From positions 123,258,001-123,322,000 of the forward strand of contig NC_058368.1 of assembly GCF_018350175.1 (NCBI RefSeq): a stretch of DNA of 64,000 nucleotides, written 5' to 3'. Of the stretch, positions 9,043 to 22,106 are shown in pieces. Under the pieces are notes generated by a model. That model was not told the DNA's origin. It did not search any database and worked only from the letters and a program-made list of their open reading frames with translations. The stretch's first letter is position 1, and every line of letters begins with the position of its first letter. The position numbers and the translations under genes are program-made. This stretch comes from Felis catus. Taxonomy: Eukaryota.

Positions 9043-11590
9043 GTAAGTATATCAATTATCATATTAAATATGAATGGTCTAAACACTAATTAAAGGAAGA
9101 GATTGCAGACTGGATTTTTAAAAAAGTAAGTGTGTTTGTAAGAAATACACTTTAAAAATAAAAGCACAAATAGGAGAAAAATAAAAGGATTACCATGTTA
9201 ACATTAGTCAAAAGAAAGCTGGAGTAGCATTATTGACATAAACAAAATAGATTTTAGAGGAAAGGCTTATTCAAAGGATGAGAGTTATATTTTATAATGA
9301 TAAAATTCTCAATTAATTAAGAAGATACAAAAATCTTACATGTTAATGAAACTCACTCAAGATTTTCAAATCAAAAATGAATATAAGTGCACGGAAAAAT
9401 AAACAAATCCATGATTATGATCAGAGATTTCAATATCCATCTCTCAAAAATTAATAAAACAAGTAAGTAGAATATCAACAATTGTGCAGCAGAATTGAGT
9501 AATACAATCAACCATGTGGCCTGATTGACAACCACGTGACCCGAGAACACTGCCCCCAACAAGAGCAGTGTGAACCTTCTTCTCAAGTAAACAAGAAATA
9601 CTTACCAAGAAAGACCACTTTCTTGTCTGTAAAACAAATTTCAATATATTTAAAAGGATTCAAGTCACAATGGTATTTGTCCTCTGACCACATCTGAATT
9701 GAATAAGAAAACAAAAAAATAAAAAAAGTCTCTGGAAAATCCCCAGTATTTGGAAAATAAACATCACACCAATAAATAAGCCCTGAGTCAAAGAAGAAAT
9801 CAAATGAGAAACTAGAAGCATTTTGAAGTAAATGAAAAGAAAAGAGAATAATATTATTTGTGAAATTCTCCCTACGGCAGTAGTTAGGGTAAATTTTATA
9901 TTACTAAATATGTATATTAAGGAAAAAATTACCAAGATGGAACATATCCTGTGCCTTAAAACAAGTATAAATATATTTATCTAGCATTACTAGCTAGTAA
10001 CACTTGATTTGAAAACCTATTCTCATGACACATTTTGAATTACGATTGCCCATCTGCTGTTTTCCTCTTATGCCAACTGCGTTAGACTTTACACTTAGAC
10101 TTTTCATAACATCAGTGTGTCATTTGAAACACTCACCACAACACTTTGGTTTTTTCAAATGTTGGTATAAGTTAGATTGATTCTTGGGGGTAGTACGGTA
10201 TGTTGCAACTAGCCCAAGTTTTCATTCAGTTCTTCAATAAACATAAGCTTAGGTGCCTCTGATTTTCCAGTTAACTATGAAGAGGAAGAGAGAAGGGTTC
10301 AAAGTAGGGACATAAGAAATGCTTGTTGAATTACTATTCCAATAAGAGCAAAGCACTATATTATGCTTTTGGCAGAAAATATGAAGAAAAAAACCCAAAA
10401 AACTTGTTTTCTCCTTGCAAGAGGTACACAGCTTGCAAATAGCAAATTTTTGTTTCCTTACTTGTAGGTGTATCGTAGAGGCTTTGAAACTTTATTGAAT
10501 GTGACCCACAGTGAACAAAATATGTTATCTCACCACCTAGAAACACACACACACACACTATTGAAGTTGCATTGTCATTTTTATTTTATTCTATTTACTC
10601 TTTTTTACTATATTTTATTTAAAAAATAGTGATGGCAACAAAATAAGTTTCACAGCCCACGAAAGGGTCACAATTCGTAATTTGAAAACTTCTACTGTAC
10701 TGTACCATCTGAGAATTAACACTTAATTTTGTCAAACATAAATCTGCGTCTGTGTATGTGTGTCTGTGTATGTGTTAGGTGCAACACTGAAAAGGAAGAG
10801 GGATATCTTCAACTCACACTGATCAGAACATTGCAAAGGAGAGTTGACCCTAAGGGCCCACACTTAACCTGGGCCTTCACAATTTCAATTGTCAGAGCCT
10901 CTCTTCCAAATATTCCATAAGATATTGTGGGCAGGATTTGCTGCCTCAAAGAGAAATGGAGAAAAGCAAATCAGTCTTTGAAAAGCCTGAGGGAAGAGGA
11001 ATCAGATGAGACAATGGGGGAGCTCACCATCAGGGCCTTGCCTTCAGGACTTCTTAGTTATTTTCCTTCTTGTCTCTGAGGAATCTCATCTCTATGTTAT
11101 AGCATTTTAGCTTTCCCCCTTCTCGGTAATTCCCTTTAAAGATTTTCCTTTCTCCAACCTGTTAGTAAAGAAATTCACGTACATCTGTACAGCCAGGGGA
11201 GGGATTTTAGGGACAACAAAGGATTAGGGCAAATAAAAAGGAAGCGTGGCCTGACTCAATTCCACCTGTTGGTTAGTCCTAGAGGACAGGCAGTAGCTGC
11301 TAGAAGCTGCCAACAGGGACCAGCAGACCAGTGAGTGGGTAGCTCAGGGCAGACTTCTGAATGCCAGAGAAGAGTAAATAAATGGGCAATTAAGGAAAGA
11401 AGTAAGGTTAACAAGAAGTGAGTGCTTCCGTTTTACACTGGAGTATTTGCATGTCTTCAAGGTAGGGAGATTGACACTTGAACTACACAAGGTCGAGGAT
11501 TGGTCTTAATAGGAAATAGCCGCAAAACAGTAATTGTGCCCAAATGAAAGAGACAAGAAAACTCATTTTACTGGGCATGTGGGATGGTCC

Positions 11591-11870
11591 TGTCAAAACG
11601 AAAACTACATCAGACAAAGTTAAATAGGCAAGGAAGGCTTTATTCAATGCAGTTGCAATAGGTAAGAGAGGCCAGAGCTCAGAATGAACTCAGCGGGGTT
11701 GAAATACAAGAAGGAGGATTTTTAAGGTCTGGGTGAGCTAGTGAAAAAGTACTAGAGGAGGGTAGGGGGAAATTACAGGCCATCTGTGTTAGCTCATTGG
11801 CTTTATCTAAGGGAAAAATAAACTCATATCTTTATGACAGGAGGTAGTTTTGCAACTTGGAGCAAAACTG
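11591..11870. mobile_element. ERV-type LTR fragment
   Basis: TGTC start and an LTR-like ctttatt...agttgcaatagg block; family not determined. Confidence 0.45.
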
Positions 11871-11871
11871 T

Positions 11872-11965
11872 TTTGGATTCTGTGTCTGCCCCTCCCCTGC
11901 TTGTGCTCTGTCTCTCTCTCTTTTTCTCTCTCAAAAATAAAATAAAAACATTAAAAAATAATTTA
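11872..11965 (+). mobile_element. SINEC 3' fragment
   Basis: (CT)n plus an A-rich tail. Confidence 0.75.
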
Positions 11966-12469
11966 GGATTAAGCCAGGGATATGACAGATGATGAGGAAG
12001 TCATAGACTAAGGATTTTCTGACGGGGATGTGATCCCTTAATCTTATGTATTCTCCTCACCCAATACTATTAGTTCAACTGGAATTTGGGGGAGTTTGGA
12101 AAAGCTAAAGCTCTTTTAGGCTTATTTCTTTCCTATGATGTTTTATTTCCTCTGCAATCCTTTCTATGCAATGGAGTCCCTCTACCTCTCTGAACTGGGG
12201 GACAAATGATTCACTTAGTAAGGTGGCCTTGTATTTTCAAAATGCTCCATGTTAGATTACAAGCATGGAGCCCACTAATTGGGTGAAAACCACCGCTTTC
12301 ATATTCTAGGTGACTCAGGTCCTTCTGGAAGTTTCCAGTAGGTTTGTTTTTGGCACTTATTAAAATTATTTAATAAAAAGCACATTAAGTGAGGTAAATA
12401 AAAATTTGTTCTAGCATGGTAATAATACTGAAAAGTGGAATCAACCTAACTGAGCAACAAGGGAAGAAT

Positions 12470-12701
12470 TTCTTTTTGAGAGAGAGGGAGGGAGCAAGTG
12501 AGCGAGGGGCAGAGAGAGAGGGGAAGAAAGAAAGAGAGTCCCATGAGGGGCAGAGAGAGAGAGGGGGAGAGAGAGAGAAACAGGGCTCACTCGAAGTAGT
12601 GCTCAAGCTCACCCGATTTTGTGGGGCTCAAACTCAATAACTGTGAGATCATGTCCTGAGCCAAACTCAGATGCTTAGCCAACTAAGCCACCCAGGTGCC
12701 C
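12470..12701 (-). mobile_element. SINEC (older subfamily)
   Basis: GA-rich tract; ends taagccacccaggtgccc. Confidence 0.85.
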
Positions 12702-13002
12702 AGAAAAATATTAATATAATAAAAATCCAAATGTGTGACAAAATATGGCACCAGGCCTCTAAATTCATATTCTATATGATTATATTTGAAGATCAAGAAA
12801 ATGTCACAGTACATTTCTAAGTGAAAAGGACAGAAAACAATATACAGTTCTACAAAAGTTTGATTTTTAACAACTGGAACAATATAATTCAGTATATGTT
12901 TAACAGTTATGCCTGGGTTTTGAGATTTCATGTCTTCTTATTTCTTTTTTTTAAATTTCTATTTTTCCAATTTTCTAAAGTTGACATATCTTTCCTTCTT
13001 CA

Positions 13003-13228
13003 AGCGCCTGGGTGTCTCAGTCGGTTAAGTTTCTGACTTCAGTTCAGGTCATGAGATCACGGTCCGTGGGTTCAAGCCCTCTTCAGGCTCTGTGCTGACA
13101 GCTCAGAGCCTGGAGCCTGCTTCAGATTCTGTCTCCCTCTCTCTCTGCCGCTCCCTCACTTGTGCTCTGTGTCCCTCTCTCTCTCTCTCAAAAACAAATA
13201 ATAAAACATTAAAAATTTTTTAAAAAGA
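13003..13228 (+). mobile_element. SINEC
   Basis: gcgcctgggtgtctcagtcggttaag...(CT)n, A tail. Confidence 0.88.
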
Positions 13229-14986
13229 ACAATTGTTCTTTACAGAAAGGAAGATGAACACAGGGCATTCAGACAACAGGAGGAAACTCGGTTATGACAA
13301 CATATCTTCCATGTTACAAAGCTGCAAAGGCTGTGGATTACTTTAAGAACCAGGCAGGACTCACTGCAAATGGTGTCTAGAGACCTCATTCATCACCAAT
13401 GTCCTTCCTTACTCAGCTCTTTCCACGTTTTGCATGCTGGCCAAAGGTACTAATTCTTGTGGAACATACTCTGCTTTTTCTGCTGCGCTCTCCTCTACCG
13501 TGATGTGTTTCTTCATGCCATTGCCCCTTTAGATTGCCTGCCACAGGCTTCCCTGTCCAGTGATCTGTCCCCACCCTCAAGTCCTCTAGGCAGCTCCGTG
13601 CTTCCTTACCCAATGCCTCCTGCTGAGGTTTGACTTTGATTTACCCTGAATATTGGGCCTCCAGGGGCTGCTCCTCCCAGCACACAATGCCTCAGTGACC
13701 TCTCTCTCTTACATAGCTATTCCACCCCCTCCTGAGGCCCTGATACCTGCTTCATAAAAGAGGCAAGAACCACAGAGAACATGCCACGTCTCTCTTCCTT
13801 TCTCTTCTTTCCAAGGTGGGTCAAAGAAGGGGACGTGTGTGTGGTAGGGGGAGTGGGCATCTGGCATCCTGCTTTACTGCAGCTAGATCTTTCATTGTTG
13901 CAGCTCCATTCCCAAAGGAATCCAGGGAAGATGTCTGGAAGAGATGGGGTGTGCTTAGCAAAAAGCACAGGAGCTCCCATTGTCTCAGGAGCAGGCAGGG
14001 TAGGAAGCCCTGGACATTGTGCCAAGCACCTCCAACCGTCTTGGGAAGTAGAGTACCCTAGGGACATTACCATGTCTCACATAACACCTATCACACCACA
14101 GCATATTGCAAATGGTTTATGTCAGTTGCCTATTCACATATGCTACAAAGCAGAGAAAAAGGCCTGATGGCATAGGGAGGATCAGGTCACCTCCGTAGGA
14201 TTAGGAAGATAGGGGGATTCAATGTGGTCCTTGCGCAGGCCTGGAAACTGTATACCATTCTCTAGCGTCAGAAAGGGATCCTCCCACAGGAGGATTTGCT
14301 CAGTGATTTCTCCCTTTCTGGATGTCTAAATGAAAATAACTTTGGGGCCCCCATGAGATAGTGTGGAATGGTATTTCTCCCTGTGCACTCTCTCAGAGTG
14401 CTCCAGGAGAGCTGAGCATTCCACACCAGAAGATTCTAGCACAGCCAAGTAAGTCTGGAATATTACAACCTTTGCCTTACTCCAAAGAGACAGTCTCAGC
14501 TTCATGAGCAAGTACGGACCTGCTTCCCCTGTTGAGAAGCTCTTATTTTCTGGAAGCTTCTAGTGGCCTCATTTTCTTTGTATCCCCTCAAAGAACAAAT
14601 TTGGGTTAATCTTCAGGTAAGGGGTTGCCTTTTAAAGACACTTAAAATACCTCCATACTAAAATAATATAATTATGCCCAAAGAGTAACCTCTGATTGAC
14701 TTCTGTCTTCTAAGTAGTCACAGGTATGTCACTGAGTTCTAGACGTTTGTTTATGACCAGCCGATTTTAGCATTTTCCTGAGCATTTGTTCTTGGGGAAG
14801 AGTGAAATAATAGGCTTTCCAAGTGTGGTATACAGAGGTTACAGTGGGCAGGCTGGAGATGGATATTCACCCTAAAGATGGTCTTAATATCTTGAATACC
14901 TCTGCTTTAGTGATTATACTAGAGGGGAACATCCCAAGGCAATATCTCAGAGCATCACTCTAAGGACATATGCACCAGGAGGAAAA

Positions 14987-15056
14987 ATGACCAAATGTCA
15001 TCCAGTATTCTGCTCGCTTTTGTTCTTCATCCTGATACATGGGGCATTACCTTCTG
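14987..15056 (+). CDS. SPINK14: SPINK14 coding exon 1 (signal peptide)
   Basis: ATG ACC AAA...CCT TCT G|gtgagt. Confidence 0.88.
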
Positions 15057-15925
15057 GTGAGTAATTTGGCTGGTTCTGGCATTTATGTAAAGTTGATTTG
15101 TGAGCTTTGACACTGTAATCTGAAAGAATGCTTTAGAATTATTTTGTTTTTATTTGTGTAGGAGTATCATTTTACTATATCTGTATATCTGTATCTATAG
15201 AGAGAGACTATGCAATTGGTCCACAAATAAAAGACTCCGAGCCAATGTGCAAGGGCCTTTGTTTCCCCATCTATTAGTGCAGATTATGAAACCTAATTTA
15301 TGGGGACCAGGGGGCTTGGGCAATTCAAGGTAGAATGTGAAAGTGATTGGCAATATGCCCACATCTCAAAAATGCAAAACTTTTGAAAATGCTTTGCCAT
15401 GAATTTCAGTAGATCATTACCTTTTTTGTCCTCCTTTATAAAAGAGTCCTGTGGGGAGTTTTAGAGAGACCTAGCCTTAAGGACTGAAGAACTTGATTTT
15501 TTACCCATCTACCATGAAATCCTGGGCAGTAGCAACTGTCTTTCCTCTCTCTGTAAAATATGGGGATTAGCTAAAGGCCTCTTTAAAGTACTAACATTTC
15601 TTAATGTCTTTTCTTTTTGGCTGCCTGTTCTGAATCCTCTCAAGCCCAGGCTAACTACAGGTTAATCAAAAATTTACTTGTTATACTAGACTGGCAACAT
15701 ATATGAGACCAGTGATTGCTTGCTACTTATCCATCAGGAGTAGAAGAGTTATTCCACACTTTTTGAGGGAAAAAAATGAATGCATGTGTAAATAAAACAG
15801 TTTGGGGGTGCCTGGGTGGCTCAGTCAGTTGAGTGTCCCACCCTTGATTTTGGCTCATGATCTCACAGTCTGTAAGTTCAGGAGCTGTGTCAGGCTCTGT
15901 GCTGACAGTGTGGAGCCTGCTTGGG

Positions 15926-15966
<41 letters not shown>

Positions 15967-18165
15967 CTCAAAATAAATACATCTAAAAAAATTATAAATA
16001 AATAAATAAAATAAAATTTTAAAAAAGGTTTTCTGTTATTGCAAGCTTTCTTGGTAATAAATTAGAATTCTTTAATTCTGCCAACAGATTAAGCTATGGT
16101 TTACCAGGTATTACACTCTGCAACTATTTTCATTTATGTCTTGGTTTTAGAACCTCGACACTGGTGGCCACCACATGGAGCTGTTAAGGTAATCTTTCAC
16201 TATATTTCTCAGGATTGAGATTCTAATTTGAGTTTTCTTTGGGTTTGCTGTTTTAGAATCTTACTTCAGGAAGGTCATCTGTGATGTTCTCCAAAGTCCA
16301 CTCACATGAACATGGCAGGTACACTGTAGATACATGAGCCCCAAGTAGAGTGATCCAAACTGGGAACCAAGATGAGATTTGGTCATTTGGACACCAGATA
16401 GCCCTCCATAGTGCCTAGAAAATGACTACCAACAATTGCTAGGGGATAGAGGAAGTGGAGGGATTAGCTGGGTGACAGACATACAGGAGGCAGATGATGG
16501 TGGCCTGGCCATGGTGGTGGTGTTGGATAAGGAAGATGGAAAAGAGTTTCTAAGCTCAAATATGATCCCTCTTTCTCTACTCAGCCGAAACTCTCTCCCA
16601 CCTTGTATCAGAGGCACATTACCAATCTTTCTATGACACTCATAGAGCCCCTGAGACCATCTCCTCAAGTTCCAGCAAACAGAGTCACATCTTCAAGCTG
16701 CCACTGACACCAGCATTGTGACTGGATGTGGGTTTTCATCCCTGATGAGACATGTCCCTTCTTTTGTTTTTAGTTTTCCCTAAAAAATCAGGGCATTATG
16801 CTAAATGCTTTCACATTTCACAACTTCAAGAAGAGAGTTGACTTGGGGATTTTGAGAGTGGATAAAATATGATAAATATTTTAAATTGAAGCCTATGAAT
16901 GTCAGTGAAGCATTTCTTTCCAATTATGAGCTTTCAGGGTTTTTTGCCCACTTGGCCCAGAAATCTCTAAGACTTTTCCCATGTCTAATACTCTGGGAAT
17001 GAAGGAGATTGAGAGAGAAGCTAAATTTCACAAATGCATCTACTCTTCTTTTTCCCACCATAGTGTAGCAGGCCTCTGTACCCCGTTACCATCAGGAGGT
17101 CCTCACAATGAAGGTGTTGTGGTTGTCAGACAGGATAAATTTAGGTTTGGCCTCCACTGCTTTGTGAAGGGACAGCTGTAAGAGCTTTGTGTGACTGTGA
17201 TAGGATGCTAACTATGTTTAGATTTTCCTAATCAAGTCCAGATGTGACCTACCTGTTTGTGTGATTCTAATGTCATTCTTTTCAAATCAATTTCAGGTGA
17301 AATGTCCATATAAGAAAGTAAACTTGAGTTGGTTCACTGGAACAGTGAACCCCTGCCCTGGTTTATATCAACCCATCTGTGGCACTAATTTTGTAACCTA
17401 TGAAAACCCCTGCATCTTGTGTGTCGAGAGCATGTGAGTACTATTTGGGAAAGAAGAGAAGGAAGACAAACTTAGTCCACCACAGTTACCATGTACCTCT
17501 TCTGCCAAGTGTATCAGCCTTGAAGCCAGGAATTTGCTCCAGTTTGCAGAGATAATAATCAGTCCCCAGTCATAAGAGCATGTGGTAATATAAAGCCCAC
17601 TGGGGTAGAAAGCAGACTCAGTGTACTCTGTGGTGTTTCAGGGCCTTCTGTCTGAGCCCTCACATTCCCATATGCCAAGTGATGGATCAAATCCCCTATG
17701 CTACATGAAGCTTTGGTTATTCCTTTGAGTCCTGAAATTCTTTGGTTTGAAATTCCGGTTTGCCTTCTCTAAGATACCTTCAATCTTTTATGTGTCTGAA
17801 ACTCTGAGCTATGATGAGGTGACTGCAAGGTTTGGGTCTTTTTGCTAAGAGCCCCTGTTTAGGTTTTTGGATTTATGGGACATGATTATCAGTGATTAGA
17901 CACTGAGATCTCACAAAACCACACCTTCAGGTTTGACCTCTGCTTAAGCCAGTGCAGTTCACAGGGACTAAAATGCTCCTCATGGCATCACAATGCCAAC
18001 AAGCATTTTGTAATTTTATACAAGGATCAGTGTCAGGAATGTGTAAATTCCACATCATCCTGACTAATGAGGAATTGGGCCAAAGTGTGAGGGTGTTAAT
18101 AGAAAAAGATGAGGACTGATACGCCTTATAGATCACAAGCTCAGGCCTGACTAATTTATTTATTT

Positions 18166-18221
<56 letters not shown>

Positions 18222-18272
18222 TTGAGAGAGAGAGAGAGTAAGCAGGGGAGAGGGGCAGAGGGAGAGAGAGAC

Positions 18273-18317
<45 letters not shown>

Positions 18318-18731
18318 TAAGTAGGCTTCATGCTCAGCACAGAGCCCGAAGCAGGACTTGATCCCACGATCCTGGGATCATGACCTGAACCAAAATCAGT
18401 AGTTGGATTCTCAACCAACTGAGCCTCCCAGGAACCCCAAATACCTTATTTTCAAAGAGTTTGCAGCATAGCCCATAACATCTTCCATGGCATCTTAGAA
18501 TCACGGAAGGATAACTGGAAAGGAAAATCCAATAACCTAGTTTTTGTATGTAGTCAATTCCCTTTATGCTCTGGCTCTTAGTTTCCTTAAATATAAAATA
18601 AGGATGGTAGATAAAATAATTTTAAAAAGTTTTTGTAGGTCTGACTTTTTATTAATGCAATGTTGATTCTGATTGTTGCCTTTAGGAAATCTCATGGGAA
18701 GATTAGGTTTCAAAATGATGGAAAATGCTAG
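14987..18731 (+). CDS. SPINK14: Serine peptidase inhibitor Kazal type 14. Join 14987-15056, 16151-16188, 17297-17433, 18686-18731; 96 aa.
   Basis: MTKCHPVFCSLLFFILIHGALPS-EPRHWWPPHGAVK-VKCPYKKVNLSWFTGTVNPCPGLYQPICGTNFVTYENPCILCVESM-KSHGKIRFQNDGKC*. The RHWWPP and VNPCPGLYQPICGTNF motifs match human SPINK14 as I recall it. Introns are GT-AG with phases 1/0/2. Confidence 0.93.
15804..16027 (+). mobile_element. SINEC in SPINK14 intron 1
   Basis: ggggtgcctgggtggctcagtcagttgag...(CT)n, A tail. Confidence 0.9.
16151..16188 (+). CDS. SPINK14: SPINK14 coding exon 2
   Basis: ttttag|AA CCT CGA CAC TGG TGG CCA...GTT AAG|gtaatc. Confidence 0.85.
17297..17433 (+). CDS. SPINK14: SPINK14 coding exon 3 (Kazal Cys1-5)
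   Basis: tttcag|GTG AAA TGT...GAG AGC AT|gtgagt. Confidence 0.93.
18155..18438 (-). mobile_element. SINEC in SPINK14 intron 3 with expanded (TTTC)n and (GA)n
   Basis: Reverse-complement SINE; (TTTC)~14 at 18164-18222. Confidence 0.88.
18686..18731 (+). CDS. SPINK14: SPINK14 last coding exon
   Basis: cctttag|G AAA TCT CAT...AAA TGC TAG. Confidence 0.92.
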
Positions 18732-18897
18732 CTGAGTGAACTTGGATGTCAAAGAAGATATCTTTTTTTCTCTATCATGACAACCCTTCCTTGCATTTGA
18801 TAGTGACAGAGACCTGCCCCTGCTGTGCTTGTATCAGATAACTAAAGATTCCTTCCTTAGACTTCTTTCCTCATTGATGCACTGCCTTCCATATTCT

Positions 18898-18903
18898 AAT
18901 AAA
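18898..18903 (+). terminator. SPINK14 polyadenylation signal
   Basis: First AATAAA downstream of the stop codon (about 167 nt). Confidence 0.6.
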
Positions 18904-19799
18904 TGAACTTTTCTGAAAGTCTGATTTAACTTGGTCCTCAGATCTGTGTCTCAATTCTCAGAAATAGAATAAAATGAACATTTGAGCCAAAGGTCAAAAC
19001 CAAACAGTGGGATTCATCAGCTTCTTGATACTGTGAACGGCGAAGGAATCTATATAAAGGCTCCAAGTTGTGTTCCAAGGAACACAACAGAAATTTCTTC
19101 CATATTCCTATAGCATTTCTTAAAAAAACAACTACTAGGAACTATGGAGCATCGTGCTCTTCCTGGCCATTCCTCTTGCCCACTTGCTGCAAACTCCTTG
19201 TTAAACAACTTCACTTTTAGACTCAGTTTTGAAACAGAGACATTTACACACATCTGGTTTGACTCTGCAAGACCCAACCTTTCCACTGGCCCCACTTTTC
19301 TCCATAGAAGGAGGCCTACATCAGTGGCATCCATGAATGTTCCAGTGGTTTTTTAAAATTCTCTTGACACATTTTAACCTCTGAAACCTATTGGGACATG
19401 TTCTTCTCTGGGCTCTATTTCTTCTGTGTATATATTCATTCCTAATATGGAGAGAAGATTAACATACGCTAATATGCTCTCTTCCCCTCAGCCAGCTTGC
19501 TCCCTGCTGACTTGGGAAGATCATCTCTTCTGCCTCTGAATATCCTTGTATGACTGTGGTCAGTGTTTATCTGTTCTGTTAGCTCTTTGACCTTAACTAC
19601 TATGCTAATTACAAGGTAGACACAGGGCTCCAGTAAAAAGGAAAAAATCACCTTTGGTCTAGAATATGAAAAGCAAATTGCTCTGGGGGAAATGAAATAG
19701 ACTCTATCTTTATGTATGTCCATTTCCACCGCTCTAAGTCCTAGGTCATGCAGGAGCACTGAGAACTCTGAGGAGGATTGTATTCTAATGCTATTGCCT

Positions 19800-20780
19800 T
19801 GACTTCATGTTCACAAATCTTTTCTTCTGTAATGATTGGCCATGAACACCATGCAGTAGATTTTTCATCTCAAACATTTTAATTTTCATCTCTACAAGTT
19901 TGATTTACCTTTCATGTTTCTAACATTTTGACATATGGAATATAATTATAATAACTATTTTTATGAATGCTAATTCTAACATCTGTGTCAATTCTGGGAT
20001 GGTCGATTTTCTTTTCATTATGGATGATATCTTAGGATATGCACATTTATGAATGAATTTATGAATGCATAATTTTATGAATTTTATCTTGTTTGACTCC
20101 AAATATTTTGATTTTTATAGAAATAATCTTGAGTTTTGTTCTGAGACACAGATCAATTACTTGGAAACAGTCTGATCCCCTGGAATATTATTTTTAAGAG
20201 TTGTTAGGTGGGACCAGTACAGTATTCACTAAGTGGCTAATTGTTGGTCATTATTGAAGCAAGCTCCTGTTGGGTACTCTAATCAATGTTCCCTGAATTA
20301 TAAGTTTTCTAGTATGGCTAACAGGAACAGCCACTATTACCCTATATGAGATCTGGGCTTTGTTACCTCTAATCCTCTCTAGTGGTTCTTTCCTGGCTTT
20401 ATGTATTTTCCTCACGCACAGGCATTGATCAGTGATATGCTGAGCTTTCTGTCCAGCTCTTTCATGCTGTCGTCCTGCAAACTATGGCCACATTGGTCTC
20501 TCTCCTCTCAGCTCTGTCTCCTCAATTCAGGGAATCTACTTGCTCCTTCTGGGATCCTCTTTCCTTTCCTGGGAATCTCCCACAATGCTGAAATCAAGGC
20601 CAATCATAGAGCTCACCATGTTCATTTCCCATCTCTCAGGATTTGGCATCCTTCAGCGCCTGATGTCTAGTGTCATTGTTTCATATATTTTGTCTGATTT
20701 TTTGTTGTCTTTCCAAGAAGGAGGTATATCTGGTTTCTCTTACTATATATTATCTGAAGGTAGAAGTCAGCTTCATCTTT
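19800..20780 (-). mobile_element. Old L1 (L1MC/ME-like) fragment
   Basis: T-rich degenerate L1-like text. Confidence 0.5.
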
Positions 20781-22057
20781 ATCATGTCATGAGACTTAGG
20801 TTTTCCTCTGACACCTTCTGAAGTCTAGAGTAGCTTAGTCAATGTACTTAGTTGTCATTATTCTCCTTTTTCTAAGAATTCTAAAGGATTAGACTCGTTT
20901 TCTGTAATAATACAAAATTTTTCAGTGGATAATAAAATATTTACTTCAATGTTCAATACACAGCAGTACTGTGTATATTTTTTCTGTTACTTGATATTTT
21001 TTCTGTTACTTGACAGTAGACATCTCCAAAGAAAGAAAGGAGGGCAGCATATTTATCCAAATTCAGGACTCCCCTCCTTTCAGTGCTGTCTCTAAAACCT
21101 AGTCGTTGTCGTACACATGCTCTCACTGCCAACATTAAGGGAGCTTCCCGGTAGTACTCCTAGTTCCGGCACCTGTTTTCAATTTTGAACTCCCGCCGTC
21201 ACATTCCCTTTACTTTGTATTCTCTAATTATTTATCAGTCCCAGGTTTTTGTCATTGCTATCTTCCCTTTCCCCATCTTGCTCTGCTTGATGATCCCACT
21301 CACATCTGCAATTATTCTACTGTCTATACACTCATAACTTGTATATTCACATAAGACTGTACCCATATACTTAGTATCAGATATTAGACATCTTAATTTC
21401 ATTGGCTCCTGGAATTACCTCCATTCTCTTGTCTCAACTATAATCCTGCCTCCATTCTATAATCATTTAAACCTGACCTGTTAAAAACAATTCTCTCCTG
21501 TGAGTTATAATAGAAAAAAAACATCTTAGTATGACTTGTAAGATATTTGTTTCATCTGCTACAGGCACTGCCTAAAGCCTAACTTTAGCCATAAGGAACA
21601 CTTAGGACTTGCAACAAACCCTATTTACCCAGAAGGTGGCAGTAAAGCACTGCCATTTAGACCAATAACTGACCAGCCCTACAGAGGACTCCTCGCATAC
21701 CAACCATGTGATTTGGGACAAGTTCTAATGCTCTATGAGCTACAGATTTATCATCATTTAAACTGATCATATTAACAGCACACACCTGATTTTGAGGAGA
21801 AGTGAAGCTCCAAAATGTTTAAATAGGGATGACCAGGTGAGTTAACAAATGGGGGCAAGACCTCGGGTAGAAGCAAGAGAGATCTCCTTCACTGCCTGCA
21901 TGTGAATCCCTGTTTATGAACCTAATGAAGGGGAAGAACTTGAGATGAAAAAGGATTTCAGCAATTTCTGATGTTACTGTCCTATTTTTCCCCCAGGAAG
22001 GTGAAATCTCCTATCACAGTGCATGAAGAGCTCTCTCTATGGATGAGAGAGTTGGGA

Positions 22058-22106
22058 AATGTTGTATCGAATGTTGTATCTAATGTTGTATCTAAATGTT
22101 GTATCT
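22058..22106 (+). repeat. Tandem repeat (AATGTTGTATCT)x4
   Basis: Read directly from the sequence. Confidence 0.9.

Larger units (their letters stand above)
7700..9960 (+). mobile_element. Old L1 (L1M-type), interrupted by an MLT2 LTR
   Basis: A-rich degenerate ORF2 endonuclease-like text at 9045-9960, plus an upstream part at 7700-8015. Confidence 0.7.

Noticed and set aside
13413..14167. Overlapping 66-128 aa ORFs upstream of SPINK14
   Set aside because: No recognisable domain or exon structure; expected by chance in locally GC-richer sequence.
19050..19760. TATATAAA plus short ORFs downstream of SPINK14
   Set aside because: No signal-peptide exon, Kazal cysteine pattern or recognisable pseudogene.
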